DNA of 62,654 nt from a virus (lineage: Duplodnaviria; Caudoviricetes). Below, piece after piece: positions 30,362-40,855 of the stretch (position 1 is its first letter; each line of letters starts with the position of its first letter). The position numbers and the translations under genes are program-made. The notes under the pieces are model-generated. The model was not told the origin of the DNA and searched no databases. It saw only the letters and a list, made by a program, of their open reading frames with translations. Where the stretch lies: the IMG/VR virus record IMGVR_UViG_3300020193_000020, positions 1-62,654 of that record; one strand, 5' to 3'.

Positions 30362-32975
30362 CAACCAAGACTTAGAAACATCAGTAGTAGTACAAACTAT
30401 AAATAAAAAAACAAAACAATTTGCTAAAAATCCGGTTGATGCTTCTCTTAATGTAGAAAAGTCTTTAGTGAATGTTTTAAGTTATTTGGTTAAATCTCAA
30501 GAAAAAACATCGTCTGAAATTGTAGATAACTTGAATGAACTTAAAGATTCTTCTTTTGCTTCTTCCACAGTACAAAATAAAAATGCAGTTGAATCTAATG
30601 AACATTTAGTTAATATTGCTGATGAACTAACTGTAATAGAAAAAAGTATTAGTGGATTATATAAATTTTTTGATAATAGTGAAAAAGAAAAAGATGTTTC
30701 AGAAGAAGAACAAATAGAAAAAATAGCATCAGATTATTTAAAAAATATTCTTACAACACAACAAGAACAATTAACAGAACTTAGAATGTTAAATGAGCAA
30801 TTCGTTGATTTCTTTGAAATGAATGAAAAAAATGCTCAAGAACAAAAAGAACAGGCGATTGAACGTGATCGTGAAGCTGCTGCTCCACCACCAACTCCAC
30901 AACAACCAAAAGTAACAAATACAAGCACAACAGATCAAAATAAAAATGAATCTATGTTCAGTTCTTTTGGTTCTATTGCTAAATCAACTTTTGGTGGTTT
31001 CTTATCTTTTGGTAAATCATTATTTTCTGGTTTGGGTAAAATCTTTGGTGTATTGTTTAGTGTGGTTTCTGCTCCATTTAAATTTATATCATCAGCATTA
31101 GGATCTATTTTAAGTTTCATTCCTGGATTTGGCATTATATCTAAATTAATGCCTTCTTTTAATATGGGATTAGGAGGTTTATTAAGTACTTTAGGTATTG
31201 GTGCTTTAGGTTATGTTGGATTTAAGTACTTAACAGATGATAAGTATAAAGCTGGTGTTGACAAATATATGGGTGGGATAATGAAATTCTTTTCACCTTT
31301 TATTAATGCTATAAAAGGATTTTTTGATACACCAGTAGGAAAAGCTATTAGTGGATTTGTTGGTGGATTGTGGAAAGAACATATACAACCAGCATTAAAA
31401 GGAACTTGGGAAGCCATAAAAACTGGAATAGATGATTTTGGAAAAACTTTTCTTGGTGAAGAAAATTGGGGACAATTAAAAAAATCATTTTTCTCCATAA
31501 GGGAATGGATAACTGATAAATTACCAAAAAGTTATGATGAACTATCCAACTCTATTAAAATAATGACCAACTCAATAGTAGATAATTTAAATACACTCAT
31601 ATATTTTGTAAAGGGTATTGCGAGTGTTTTTGGTGTATCTGGAGATAATTTTAAACCATTTAATAAGCCTTTTCCTGAAACACAATTATCAGGCACACCA
31701 TATACTACACAAGGTACTTTTTCTGGTTCAACTGAACAGATGAAAAATTTAATTGATTTATCTAGAAAATTTGAGGGTGGTGATGATCCTACTGCTATTA
31801 ATAAACTTAGTGGCGCAGCAGGTTATCATCAATTTATGCCTTCCACTTTTAGTCATTTAATCAGTAAACTAAAACAAGGTGAGTTCTTACAAGATGTAAA
31901 TTTATCTGCCAAAGGTTTAGGAAAACCTGAATTAAAAAAAGATCATATTGATAAAATACAAAAAGAATATTCTAAGTTAGAAACTAAAGAAGAAAGGTCA
32001 AAATATATTGCGAATTTAGATCCAGACATTCAAGATGTATTTTTTATTGCGTTTAATAAAGATATTATGGGTACAATGAAAAGATTATTAGGTAGAGAAG
32101 TTTCACCTTTCGAAATGAAATTTGCTGGTTTTGGTACTGGTAATGTTGTTCCTATAATTAAATCAGCAGAAAAAGGAGAACGAGATTCTACATATAATGT
32201 ATTAAAAAGGGCTTATGCTCAATCTGCTCCTGGTGGAAAACAATTAACTGATGAAGATTTAGCATCTTTATCAGTTAAAGGTGATAAGGAAGCATTTTTT
32301 GAATTAGCTAAAAAAAGTAGAATGGGTAATTTTGAATCTTTAGTCAATCAAAATCCCTATTTATTTTATAAAAAAGAAGCTAATGGATATAATAAAAATA
32401 TTTTATTAAAACCCTCAGAAACAATAGATGAATATAAAAAATACCTTGCATCAGAGATTGGTCAGATTGAAAAAACATCAAATAAAATAGATAGTCATCT
32501 TGAAGACGCAACAAGTTCTGGTAGTATGGCTGGTAAAGGATTAATACTTAAATATGGTATACCAACTGCATTTTCCTTTGGCGCTGTTCCAGGGTTAACT
32601 GCATTAGCGGCTGGTGCTATGTGGTTGAATCAGGATTTAAAAGATATTTTTTATAGAAAAACCAAAAATGCTGGTATATATGCAGCTTCTGGAGAATTTG
32701 GTGGTATTCCTATAACAGAAGAAGAATTTGAATTAATGGCCGCCGCGCGGTCAGGAAAACCTGTACGTTGGCATTGGGGTGGTATGTTGGAAGCTGAAGA
32801 AACTATAGTAACACCAGAATTAAATCCACCAAAACAAACGCAATCAACAAATACCCCAGTTGTTATAAATGCGCCACAATCAACAAAGGGTGGAACTGAA
32901 ACAAATATAACCAATATAAACTCTTCAGGACGGAATTCATCGGGATTTAAAGATAAAACAAATACACAACCATAA
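30345..32975 (+). CDS. gp29: Tape measure-like protein with lytic transglycosylase-like domain
   Basis: 876 aa; coiled-coil N-terminus, Gly/Phe amphipathic repeats, E-GG..SGAAGYHQFMPSTF motif; follows gp26/51. Confidence 0.72.
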   Translation: MPDQDNNQDLETSVVVQTINKKTKQFAKNPVDASLNVEKSLVNVLSYLVKSQEKTSSEIVDNLNELKDSSFASSTVQNKNAVESNEHLVNIADELTVIEKSISGLYKFFDNSEKEKDVSEEEQIEKIASDYLKNILTTQQEQLTELRMLNEQFVDFFEMNEKNAQEQKEQAIERDREAAAPPPTPQQPKVTNTSTTDQNKNESMFSSFGSIAKSTFGGFLSFGKSLFSGLGKIFGVLFSVVSAPFKFISSALGSILSFIPGFGIISKLMPSFNMGLGGLLSTLGIGALGYVGFKYLTDDKYKAGVDKYMGGIMKFFSPFINAIKGFFDTPVGKAISGFVGGLWKEHIQPALKGTWEAIKTGIDDFGKTFLGEENWGQLKKSFFSIREWITDKLPKSYDELSNSIKIMTNSIVDNLNTLIYFVKGIASVFGVSGDNFKPFNKPFPETQLSGTPYTTQGTFSGSTEQMKNLIDLSRKFEGGDDPTAINKLSGAAGYHQFMPSTFSHLISKLKQGEFLQDVNLSAKGLGKPELKKDHIDKIQKEYSKLETKEERSKYIANLDPDIQDVFFIAFNKDIMGTMKRLLGREVSPFEMKFAGFGTGNVVPIIKSAEKGERDSTYNVLKRAYAQSAPGGKQLTDEDLASLSVKGDKEAFFELAKKSRMGNFESLVNQNPYLFYKKEANGYNKNILLKPSETIDEYKKYLASEIGQIEKTSNKIDSHLEDATSSGSMAGKGLILKYGIPTAFSFGAVPGLTALAAGAMWLNQDLKDIFYRKTKNAGIYAASGEFGGIPITEEEFELMAAARSGKPVRWHWGGMLEAEETIVTPELNPPKQTQSTNTPVVINAPQSTKGGTETNITNINSSGRNSSGFKDKTNTQP

Positions 32976-33004
32976 AAAAAGGGAGCATTTAGCTCCCCTT
33001 TTTT
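32974..33004. terminator. Bidirectional intrinsic terminator
   Basis: A7-GGGAGC-ATTTA-GCTCCC-C-T6 between convergent genes. Confidence 0.88.
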
Positions 33005-33006
33005 AT

Positions 33007-33876
33007 CTAGCCTTCTGCTAGTTTTTGGAAATAACTAAGATCGGAATCTTCCGTAGTTTCTGAGTTATCCCAAGGTGCATCATCACCACCATCCTCAGCA
33101 ACAAACTTAGGTTTTGAAATTTGTGACTTAGGAGCTTCTGTTGGTGTTCCCAAAACAGAATCAAGAATCTTTTGAAGTTCTTCATAAGTCTTGAAGTTCT
33201 TTGGTTCCAGAAATTCACCTAGATGATGTTGCTTGTTCCATAATGCTTCTAGTTTCTTATCATCGCCACCAAGTAATGGTGTAGGTGGTTCAAATTCTGA
33301 CTTATCGTAATTAGGATATCCTTCAAACTTACGAATCTTTAGTTTAAAATTTGCGCCTTCCCAGAAATCAAATGGATTGACTGCCTTCTCATCAGCAAAT
33401 TGCGGATTCATTACTTCATTAATCTTATCGAAAATCTTCTTACCATACTTAAATAAGAAAATCTTTCCTTCGTTCTCTGGATGCTTAGGATCGCTTACAA
33501 CAAGAATGTTGCTGATATAATTTAGCTTACGCTTACGACTACGAACAAGATCCTGATTTTCCTTTGTACCTGTTGACCAAAGCTTACTATTTAAATCTGT
33601 TAGGGGATCTGGTTGATTTAGTGTGGTTAGTGAATTTTGAATATACCACTTTCCTGATGGTCCCTGAAATCCATGACTCCACAAACGAACCCAAGGCAAT
33701 TCATCCTTTGGTCCTGCTGGTAGAAATCTAATTACTGCATAACCATTACCTGACTTATCTTGTTCAGGCTTCCAGAAACGATCATCATCATAATTCTTTT
33801 GTGCTGTTTTATCTAGTTCTGTTAGAAGAGAACTAATAGTCGTATTTCTATTTGCTTTTAATTTTGAAAAATCCAT
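33007..33876 (-). CDS. gp32: Single-stranded DNA-binding protein
   Basis: DDRFWKP..GNGYAVIRFLP, HGFQGP.GKWYI, FKYGKKIFDKI, acidic tail YFQKLAE. Confidence 0.96.
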   Translation of the reverse strand: MDFSKLKANRNTTISSLLTELDKTAQKNYDDDRFWKPEQDKSGNGYAVIRFLPAGPKDELPWVRLWSHGFQGPSGKWYIQNSLTTLNQPDPLTDLNSKLWSTGTKENQDLVRSRKRKLNYISNILVVSDPKHPENEGKIFLFKYGKKIFDKINEVMNPQFADEKAVNPFDFWEGANFKLKIRKFEGYPNYDKSEFEPPTPLLGGDDKKLEALWNKQHHLGEFLEPKNFKTYEELQKILDSVLGTPTEAPKSQISKPKFVAEDGGDDAPWDNSETTEDSDLSYFQKLAEG

Positions 33877-33950
33877 ATATTGTATCCTTGTATCCTTGTA
33901 TATTACTTGTCCACTTATATCATAATAACATATTTTTATTATTATGTCTA

Positions 33951-34160
33951 CTAATTATTAGATCTTAAATCAGAATTTTCTCTGAAAAGTTCTAACATCT
34001 GTTCTTTCAATGTATCATTTTCTACAGAAAGATTAGTAATTTCTTGTAAATATTCTTCCTCACCCAAAAAAACATCTTCTAAAAGCATATGTAACTGTAC
34101 ATTTTCTCGATATAAATCAATTATCGCTTTCTGTAACGAAAAAATTTGTTCTGGTGACAT
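33951..34160 (-). CDS. Small coiled-coil hypothetical protein
   Basis: 69 aa, coupled to gp59. Confidence 0.6.
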   Translation of the reverse strand: MSPEQIFSLQKAIIDLYRENVQLHMLLEDVFLGEEEYLQEITNLSVENDTLKEQMLELFRENSDLRSNN

Positions 34161-34738
34161 CAGTTTTCCTTGAAATGATTATCAATAATTTGTAAATATT
34201 TATCATTGTATTTCAAGAAAGGTGTGTACTTTTTAATTCTGTTAGAAAATTCCTTCCATATAACATCAGTAAATATATTATCCCATTGATTTATGAAGTT
34301 ATATTTTTTATCGAGAATAATTAATGTTTCTAAATTAATTTCGTTTTGTAAAACCATTACCAGCAACTTAGGAAATTGTTTATTTTTAACGGCAAACAAG
34401 TCTATAATTTCTGATAATACTTTACATTCATTATTCAAAATATATTCAAATGATTGTTGTTTTTTTAACCATTCTAAGTATGTATCTTCACAACTATCAT
34501 CGAAATAATCACCAACCCATAAGTTAGGATTGTAAATCATGTTAGAACAAAAGAAGTTTTCAACTTGTTCTGGTGTGTTGAATTTTTTTCCTAACTTTTC
34601 AAAAAAGAATTTGTCTTTTCGTTTATTGTATGTTTCAAATTTAACATTCAGTTTTTTATTATATTTGAAATAATCGTATTTTCCTGTAAAATGAGATTTA
34701 ATTGAAACATACTTTATATAAACTTCAAATCCTGTCAT
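34160..34738 (-). CDS. gp59: Helicase loader
   Basis: GFEVY..Y.SIK.HF..YDYFKY, RKDKFFFEKL, LETLIILD, KKYTPFL. Confidence 0.92.
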   Translation of the reverse strand: MTGFEVYIKYVSIKSHFTGKYDYFKYNKKLNVKFETYNKRKDKFFFEKLGKKFNTPEQVENFFCSNMIYNPNLWVGDYFDDSCEDTYLEWLKKQQSFEYILNNECKVLSEIIDLFAVKNKQFPKLLVMVLQNEINLETLIILDKKYNFINQWDNIFTDVIWKEFSNRIKKYTPFLKYNDKYLQIIDNHFKEN

Positions 34739-35028
34739 AGAAAAACTTGATTAACTTTTTTCAAAAGATTTAAGTTCATTCCCTCAAGATACAAATTATC
34801 TCTAATGTTATCATTGATTAGTTGGGGAACATACTCAACAGGTAAATCATGTAAATTACAATAATAAATTACTGATTCTATATAAGAGAGTTTTTGTTCT
34901 TTGACCAACTGTTCTATATTAGAACAAAAGAAATTCTTTCTCTGTTTAATGCTTTTATGTAAGTTTTCTACTTGTGTTGTGTTCAATTCAAAAAGTTCTT
35001 GTTCATTATTTTCCATAACCATATCCAT
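34735..35028 (-). CDS. gp33: Late transcription co-activator
   Basis: F..IE.LV..SYIESV..YC..LI..EG.NLNLL; order 33-59-32. Confidence 0.85.
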   Translation of the reverse strand: MDMVMENNEQELFELNTTQVENLHKSIKQRKNFFCSNIEQLVKEQKLSYIESVIYYCNLHDLPVEYVPQLINDNIRDNLYLEGMNLNLLKKVNQVFL

Positions 35029-35034
35029 AATTAT

Positions 35035-35063
35035 ATTATATCAAAAATAAAAGGGTATGTCAA
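35035..35063 (-). promoter_or_regulatory. Sigma70-type promoter for gp33
   Basis: TTGACA-17-TATAAT on the minus strand; ATG 7 nt after the -10. Confidence 0.85.
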
Positions 35064-35068
35064 GCCCC

Positions 35069-35491
35069 CTATTCTGTAATTACTGTATCTTGTCTTCTAT
35101 ACTTACCGATATTATACTTAGTAACTAATTCCCAATCTCCCTTTTCCTTGTGAGAAATAATCTTAATTTGTGAGATTGGTGCCTTTTGAAAGTTTTTGAA
35201 ATTTGTATCTACTACAGTTAGTAACTGCCATTCCTGTAGTAAATTAATTATAGTGTTTCTTCGCATCACGTCATTTTCACTATAATCAGAATCCTTACCA
35301 TCTAAGAGAAATAGTTCTTTAAAATGAACAATATAATATTTTCCTCTTTTGTGTAAGATATGACAACTTTGGTATAGTTTCTTATCTTTTCTTGAGGCAA
35401 CACCAATTCTAGATAAAGTTTCTTTAATCTTTAAAAAGTTGTCTGTGTTTTCTCCAATATCTACTTCTACTAATGTTTTTAGAATATCCAT
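35069..35491 (-). CDS. regA: Translational repressor RegA
   Basis: FLKIKETLSRIGVASRK..LYQSCHILHKRGKYYIVHFKELF. Confidence 0.97.
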   Translation of the reverse strand: MDILKTLVEVDIGENTDNFLKIKETLSRIGVASRKDKKLYQSCHILHKRGKYYIVHFKELFLLDGKDSDYSENDVMRRNTIINLLQEWQLLTVVDTNFKNFQKAPISQIKIISHKEKGDWELVTKYNIGKYRRQDTVITE

Positions 35492-35529
35492 AAATTACCT
35501 TTAAATCATTTTTTATTCTTGAAATATAG

Positions 35530-35916
35530 TTACTTTTCAACTCCACCTTTGTATAATTTTTTCTTTATATATTCCAGGTCTTTATCACTCAGAATTTTGA
35601 TTGCTTCATAAGCTTTAGTATTACTATATCCATAGAATTCTTTCACGGCTTCAAGATTTTCATTTATCTCATTTTTAATCCAAGGAGAAAATCTTTTTCT
35701 TTTCCGTATAGAATATATATAAAAGTCATATTGAAGCTTTTTATCCAACAAATAATTATACTTATTAATTAAATTCGCATAATAAACTGTGTCTGGAAAA
35801 TAACTAAGACAACGGTTAACTATAAAATTTGGATAAGATTTCTCATCTTCATCTTCATTTATAACAGAAATCTTTGTGGTATTTATACTATTAAGATAAT
35901 CTTTTAGTTCTGGCAT
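35530..35916 (-). CDS. gp62: Clamp loader small subunit
   Basis: LKDYLNSIN, VNRCLSYFPD, RKRKRFSPW, YGYSNTKA. Confidence 0.93.
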   Translation of the reverse strand: MPELKDYLNSINTTKISVINEDEDEKSYPNFIVNRCLSYFPDTVYYANLINKYNYLLDKKLQYDFYIYSIRKRKRFSPWIKNEINENLEAVKEFYGYSNTKAYEAIKILSDKDLEYIKKKLYKGGVEK

Positions 35917-36845
35917 TACTTAAATATACATTCTCCCATAATTTGAGCTAAACATGCAGTCATATTAATTTCTTGATCTGCAACAAATGCTGCTTTATAT
36001 TGATATTCAGCCAAAATTAGAATAAGAACCGGAATACTTTCATTTGTAAGTTTTGGTGTTAGATTATCATAAATTAATCGGAAAATTCTGGTTTGATCAT
36101 TATACACATTTAATGCAACCCATTTTCTTAATGATGTAAAATCTTTATCTTTAATAATTTTAATTAATTCATTAATCTCAATATTAACATCCGAAAGAAT
36201 ATTAATAGAAAGACTATCATTAGAATTAATTTGTAACTCATTAATAATTCGTCTAAAATCAGGAAAATACTTTAGGATTAATTGAGCTAAGATTTTTTCA
36301 TCATATTGAATATTATGATTGTTAAGAATCATCTTCAGTCTTTCGTGGAAAGACTTCGCAATCAAGGGTTTTTCTGATTGCGGAATTCTAAAGTCAATTA
36401 CACTAGAACGAGAATGAAGTGCTTCAATAATTTTATTTTTGTGATTACATGTGAAAATAAAACTTGTATTGTTACTGAACTCTTCAATAAATGCTCTTAG
36501 TGCTAGTTGAGTTGCGTTTGTTAAATTGTCTGCTTCGTCAAGAATAACAACTTTTCTACTTGATTCTAAGCTAAGAGAACTTGCAAAATTCAGAATATCA
36601 GTTCTTAATGTGTCAATATTACCATTTAATGACGCATTAATAAAGATGTAGTCGTACTGAAGTTCTTCACATAAAGCTTTTGCTACTGTTGTTTTACCGC
36701 AACCAGGACCACCAGATAAAATGATGTTTGGAATTTTACCAGTTTTAACTATATTCTGAAAAAGTTGTTTATTTTCTTTTGATAAAATACAATCATTAAT
36801 TTTATTCGGTCTATAGATTTCTGTCCATAAAATTTCATTACGCAT
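35916..36845 (-). CDS. gp44: Clamp loader ATPase subunit
   Basis: W.E.YRP, GGPGCGKTT, ILDEAD, LHSR, FPDFRR. Confidence 0.96.
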   Translation of the reverse strand: MRNEILWTEIYRPNKINDCILSKENKQLFQNIVKTGKIPNIILSGGPGCGKTTVAKALCEELQYDYIFINASLNGNIDTLRTDILNFASSLSLESSRKVVILDEADNLTNATQLALRAFIEEFSNNTSFIFTCNHKNKIIEALHSRSSVIDFRIPQSEKPLIAKSFHERLKMILNNHNIQYDEKILAQLILKYFPDFRRIINELQINSNDSLSINILSDVNIEINELIKIIKDKDFTSLRKWVALNVYNDQTRIFRLIYDNLTPKLTNESIPVLILILAEYQYKAAFVADQEINMTACLAQIMGECIFK

Positions 36846-36861
36846 AATATATTCTCCAAAT

Positions 36862-36889
36862 TATTTGGGGGAGATTTCTCCCCCAAATA
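36862..36889. other. 12-bp stem hairpin between gp45 and gp44
   Basis: TATTTGGGGGAG-ATTT-CTCCCCCAAATA. Confidence 0.75.
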
Positions 36890-36890
36890 G

Positions 36891-37589
36891 TTAATCATTA
36901 AATTCACTTGTGTGATGCAACCCAATACAATACTTAATTGGTAGTGTTTTGTGATCAAGTTTGCACATAGGAACAGGATTTTTTGATACTGTTATATTAT
37001 AACCACCCCTGATCATCTTCCAATTTTCAGGAGGAATATTGACCTTATAATTAAATGGTGGTTTAATAAAAAGATCAAGACTTCCTCTGGGTGTTAGGTT
37101 TGTTTTAATATCTCTGTAGTATACGGTTGTTTGGTTGGTTGAAGTATTACCTTCAATAGTCAACATATTCAAACCGAAAATACTTCCAAGTGTACTAATC
37201 TTTGTAATATCTTCTTCGTCAATACTGAAATTAAGAATTGGATTAACAATATGTAGATTTTTATCTACTGATTCAACTGTTTCGGGATCGGCATAAGGAT
37301 ATTCAACAGCATACTTTCCAGCAGATGTGATCAACATCTTATCTTCTTGAAATGTAATATCACAACCATTTGTTCCACTGCTATGAAACGTACTGATTAC
37401 ACTAAGAAGTTGCTTTAGATTATGAATCGCAAACTCCTTAGTGAATACATCTTTAATTTCAGCTTCAGCAAATACTGTTTTAAGAACATTTTTTGTTTTA
37501 AGTACGTTTCCGGGTTTAATATAGATATTCTGATTAATCGTAGAAAAATTATACAGAATATCCATGGTTTCTTTAGAAATAATCATCAT
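36891..37589 (-). CDS. gp45: Sliding clamp
   Basis: ISKET..IL.NFSTINQ.I..KPG, FAI.NL..LL; directly upstream of gp44. Confidence 0.9.
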   Translation of the reverse strand: MMIISKETMDILYNFSTINQNIYIKPGNVLKTKNVLKTVFAEAEIKDVFTKEFAIHNLKQLLSVISTFHSSGTNGCDITFQEDKMLITSAGKYAVEYPYADPETVESVDKNLHIVNPILNFSIDEEDITKISTLGSIFGLNMLTIEGNTSTNQTTVYYRDIKTNLTPRGSLDLFIKPPFNYKVNIPPENWKMIRGGYNITVSKNPVPMCKLDHKTLPIKYCIGLHHTSEFND

Positions 37590-38493
37590 TTACCTCATCA
37601 TTTTTAAATACACTTTCTCCATCATATACGAAAGTTTCGTCAACCTTTGAATATAGTTCAAGAAAAGCAGATTTTGTTTCCGCATCAAATCTATTAATAC
37701 AAAGATTAATTGCTTTCATCTTATCATTAAATATAGCATATGCATTCGCAATATGCAATAGTCTCCTAGTAGAAATTACTTCGTCAACAGCATCATCATC
37801 AAAAGATCTACGAATAACCTCAGCCCAACTAACAAGATTCTTAACAAAATCCTTTGGTGGAATTGTATTCAATGCTACAAATGTTTTTTCTAGAATCTTA
37901 GTTTCAACTGTAGCAGAAGGATAATTGTGTTCAAATGTAACAGCAAAACGCTCAAGAAAGGCTTCGTTTAGAATATTCGTACCAATAAATCTTCCATCAT
38001 CTGAACCCTTACCTTTTGTATTTGCTGTTGCAAAAATATTGAATCCTGGTGCTGGAATAACATATTGATTAATTTTCTTTAGAAAGATACCCTTGCCTTC
38101 TAAAACTGGCTGTAGACAAAGTAATTTATTTGATCCAAGATCTACTTCATCAAGTAATAGTTTTGCCCCCCTTCTCATAGCAGAGATAACAGGACCATCT
38201 TGCCAAACAGTTTCACCATTAACTAGACGAAAACCCCCAAGAAGATCATCTTCATCTGTTTCAATCGTGATATTAATACGAATGAGTTCTTTTTTCACTT
38301 CAGCACAAGCCTGATGAATCATAACAGTCTTACCATTACCAGAAAGACCTGTGATAAAAATTGGATAAAAGATATCCGAATTAATAATCTTCTTAATGTC
38401 ACGATAAGGTCCGAATGGTACGAAGTTTTTATCCTTTTGAGGGATAAGTGCAGTAATAGCTGTTGTGGCTAAATTCAAAGTTGTATTTTCCAT
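37573..38493 (-). CDS. cobS: CobS-like (MoxR-type) AAA+ ATPase
   Basis: ITGLSGNGKT, ETDEDDLLGGFRL, LLDEVD, TANTKGKGSDDGRF, STRRL. Confidence 0.9.
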   Translation of the reverse strand: MENTTLNLATTAITALIPQKDKNFVPFGPYRDIKKIINSDIFYPIFITGLSGNGKTVMIHQACAEVKKELIRINITIETDEDDLLGGFRLVNGETVWQDGPVISAMRRGAKLLLDEVDLGSNKLLCLQPVLEGKGIFLKKINQYVIPAPGFNIFATANTKGKGSDDGRFIGTNILNEAFLERFAVTFEHNYPSATVETKILEKTFVALNTIPPKDFVKNLVSWAEVIRRSFDDDAVDEVISTRRLLHIANAYAIFNDKMKAINLCINRFDAETKSAFLELYSKVDETFVYDGESVFKNDEVNDDYF

Positions 38494-38510
38494 AATATAT
38501 CCTCTTTATT

Positions 38511-38539
38511 ATTATATCATATTTTTCTAAGCAAGTCAA
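38511..38539 (-). promoter_or_regulatory. Sigma70-type promoter
   Basis: TTGACT-17-TATAAT upstream of the cobS RBS. Confidence 0.75.
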
Positions 38540-40626
38540 GAAACCTGCTTAGAAATTTTCTCAACGAACTTGTTTAAAACTACTTTATGCAAGCTTTTCC
38601 TACCAAGAAACTTATTAAATGCGCTTGTTAAGCTTCTTGTTGTATTGTTCTTAACATCAAGTTTAACATTTTGAGAAATATTTTCATATGCTATTAAATG
38701 ATATTCATCAAAACCACCAACACCATTTAATGTAACTGATTTATTTTTTTTCATTGATTTTTTATAATTATCTCTCCAAATAATATCATTAACATACAGA
38801 TTAATTATTTCTGTTGTAAAATAACCTTCACCGATAAAAAATCCTATAATATTACATTTGTGTTTATCTTTAATTGCTTGTAATTTAGCAGACAAAAGAG
38901 AAACTCTAGTATCAGTAAACTTATATAATTTTTTATTTGTTGTGTCTCTTACGTAATTATCTGAATCCTCAAAGATGTGTTGATATATGGTGTATGGTTT
39001 ATTCTTATTGTTATAATAATAGCTACCAATACTATTACACACACCATCAGTAATTACAACAATATTACAAATTTCAATTTTATTATTTAATTTAAAATCT
39101 GGAATATAATTGTCAATTACATGACACGCTTCAATTAATGGAGTTCCATTCATTTTAAAGTGTGTATGTGTACGGAGTTTAATCATTGTTGCAAATATAT
39201 TTGCTACTTGCTCAAAATTACTTTTACTCATGTTGGAATTAAGTATTTCATAAAGAGCATACTCTTTTTCAGACGAATATAATTCAAAATTTTTCAGGTT
39301 AAGTTGTTTTAAATGTGTTAAGTATTTTTCTCCATAAAATACATTTGGATCAGAAAGAATACAACCAAAAATCAACAATCTAAATGGGATATTCATTTTT
39401 TTGCAAAATGAAATAACAGACATTACTTGTTCATAACACTTTTCAATTTTGTTATGCATAGATCCAGACCAATCAAGTAACAAAATTAATCCATGATTTT
39501 TACCTTCCGGTGAAGTAGTAATTCTTTTGAAAATATCTTCATTGTAATTATATGAATGAATTTTATTAGTATCAATAATACCAGTTTTACTAATTTTGTT
39601 TCTGACGTAGATATGTGCAGACTTTTTCATTTCAAAAAGTTTGATCATGTAATCTACTGACTTTTTGTTGTTCTTTCTAATACCTTTTAGGTAAACAGGA
39701 TTGTTCGAATAAGATTTAACATAACTCATGGTATCTTCAATCGGAATAATGTAATCTTTGTAATTAATTTCTGGAAACTGAAGATAAACACTTTTTACTT
39801 TATTATTAGTATTTAATTTATTAATGTTCTTTTCAAAATTTTCTTGTGTTTTAGCCTGTGGAATATATTCATGACTAGAGAAATTTTCTGAAGATCCAGA
39901 TTGATTAACATTTTGATTATGCTCTAATGTATCTTGCGTTGTATCTTGCGTTGTATCTTCTGTGTTATTTTCTCCACCATCTGTCAGATTTTTTCCTTGG
40001 ATTGAATCTTCAGAATAACCTTCATTAATATCCTCAATATCCTCATTTAATTCGTTTTGTTTTTCAAATTCTTCTTTAGCATAAGCATATAAAATTTTAG
40101 ACAAAACAACAACATCATCGTATGATTTTGTTGATTGAATCAACTTAACAAATTTCTTCTCACTTTCAGAAAAGTTGATTGGTGTAAAATTACCAATCTT
40201 TTCATTTAAATTAAGTCTATCAATAAGAGGTAGATTATCAATTTCCAGATTTGATAAATTAAAGAAATCTTTTTTAACCAGTTCTCTATATCCAATATAA
40301 TAATTTTTCTTTAGACCAGGAAACTTATCCTTAATCATTCTTTCGATTCGTGAATCCTCTACAACATTAATAAAATGTTTAATATTAGGATATGCTGTTT
40401 CAGAAAAACTATCCATAAGTTTTTCTGTTGGAGTATAAAGTGCATGTCCAACCTCATGAGAAATCAAAAGATCATAAAGATCATTAGATACCTCTTCAGA
40501 CCATGTTGGTAAAGTCAAAGTTCTTGTCTGAACATTGAAACTAGCTGTTTGAACATTAGCATGTTCGATATTAAGGTTTTCTGAAGCAAGTAGTTTGCTT
40601 AATTGTTCTTTCACTAAAATATTCAT
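38536..40626 (-). CDS. HEXXH metallopeptidase-vWA protein (CobT-like AAA partner)
   Basis: HEVGH, NVVEDSRIE, acidic linker, MIDAS DWSGS, GTPL, ITDG; start set at ATG 40626 (AGGA upstream). Confidence 0.85.
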   Translation of the reverse strand: MNILVKEQLSKLLASENLNIEHANVQTASFNVQTRTLTLPTWSEEVSNDLYDLLISHEVGHALYTPTEKLMDSFSETAYPNIKHFINVVEDSRIERMIKDKFPGLKKNYYIGYRELVKKDFFNLSNLEIDNLPLIDRLNLNEKIGNFTPINFSESEKKFVKLIQSTKSYDDVVVLSKILYAYAKEEFEKQNELNEDIEDINEGYSEDSIQGKNLTDGGENNTEDTTQDTTQDTLEHNQNVNQSGSSENFSSHEYIPQAKTQENFEKNINKLNTNNKVKSVYLQFPEINYKDYIIPIEDTMSYVKSYSNNPVYLKGIRKNNKKSVDYMIKLFEMKKSAHIYVRNKISKTGIIDTNKIHSYNYNEDIFKRITTSPEGKNHGLILLLDWSGSMHNKIEKCYEQVMSVISFCKKMNIPFRLLIFGCILSDPNVFYGEKYLTHLKQLNLKNFELYSSEKEYALYEILNSNMSKSNFEQVANIFATMIKLRTHTHFKMNGTPLIEACHVIDNYIPDFKLNNKIEICNIVVITDGVCNSIGSYYYNNKNKPYTIYQHIFEDSDNYVRDTTNKKLYKFTDTRVSLLSAKLQAIKDKHKCNIIGFFIGEGYFTTEIINLYVNDIIWRDNYKKSMKKNKSVTLNGVGGFDEYHLIAYENISQNVKLDVKNNTTRSLTSAFNKFLGRKSLHKVVLNKFVEKISKQVS

Positions 40627-40643
40627 TTTCACATCCTATTCAA

Positions 40644-40855
40644 AGTGTATAACAGTATTTTCTATTTGTCAAGTCTTTTTATGGGTTATGTAATGTACTA
40701 GTATATATACTAGTAATAATACTATTCTGTCAACGACAGTTTTATTATAGCACAAAAAAAACAATCTGTCAAGAAAAAAATGCAGTTGACAAAGAATTTT
40801 TTATGATAATCTTAAACAGTTGGATCTTGACAATATGGATTCCGGGTGATATAAT
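40644..40855. promoter_or_regulatory. Divergent sigma70 promoter cluster
   Basis: Minus: TTGACA-17-TACACT (40672-40644) and TTGACA-17-TATAAT (40772-40744). Plus: TTGACA-17-TATAAT (40827-40855). 20-bp palindrome at 40696-40715. Confidence 0.85.

Noticed and set aside
39927-39960. Short tandem repeat TGTATCTTGCGT as a CRISPR or regulatory array
   Set aside because: In-frame 12-bp duplication encoding DTTQ in an acidic linker; no spacers.
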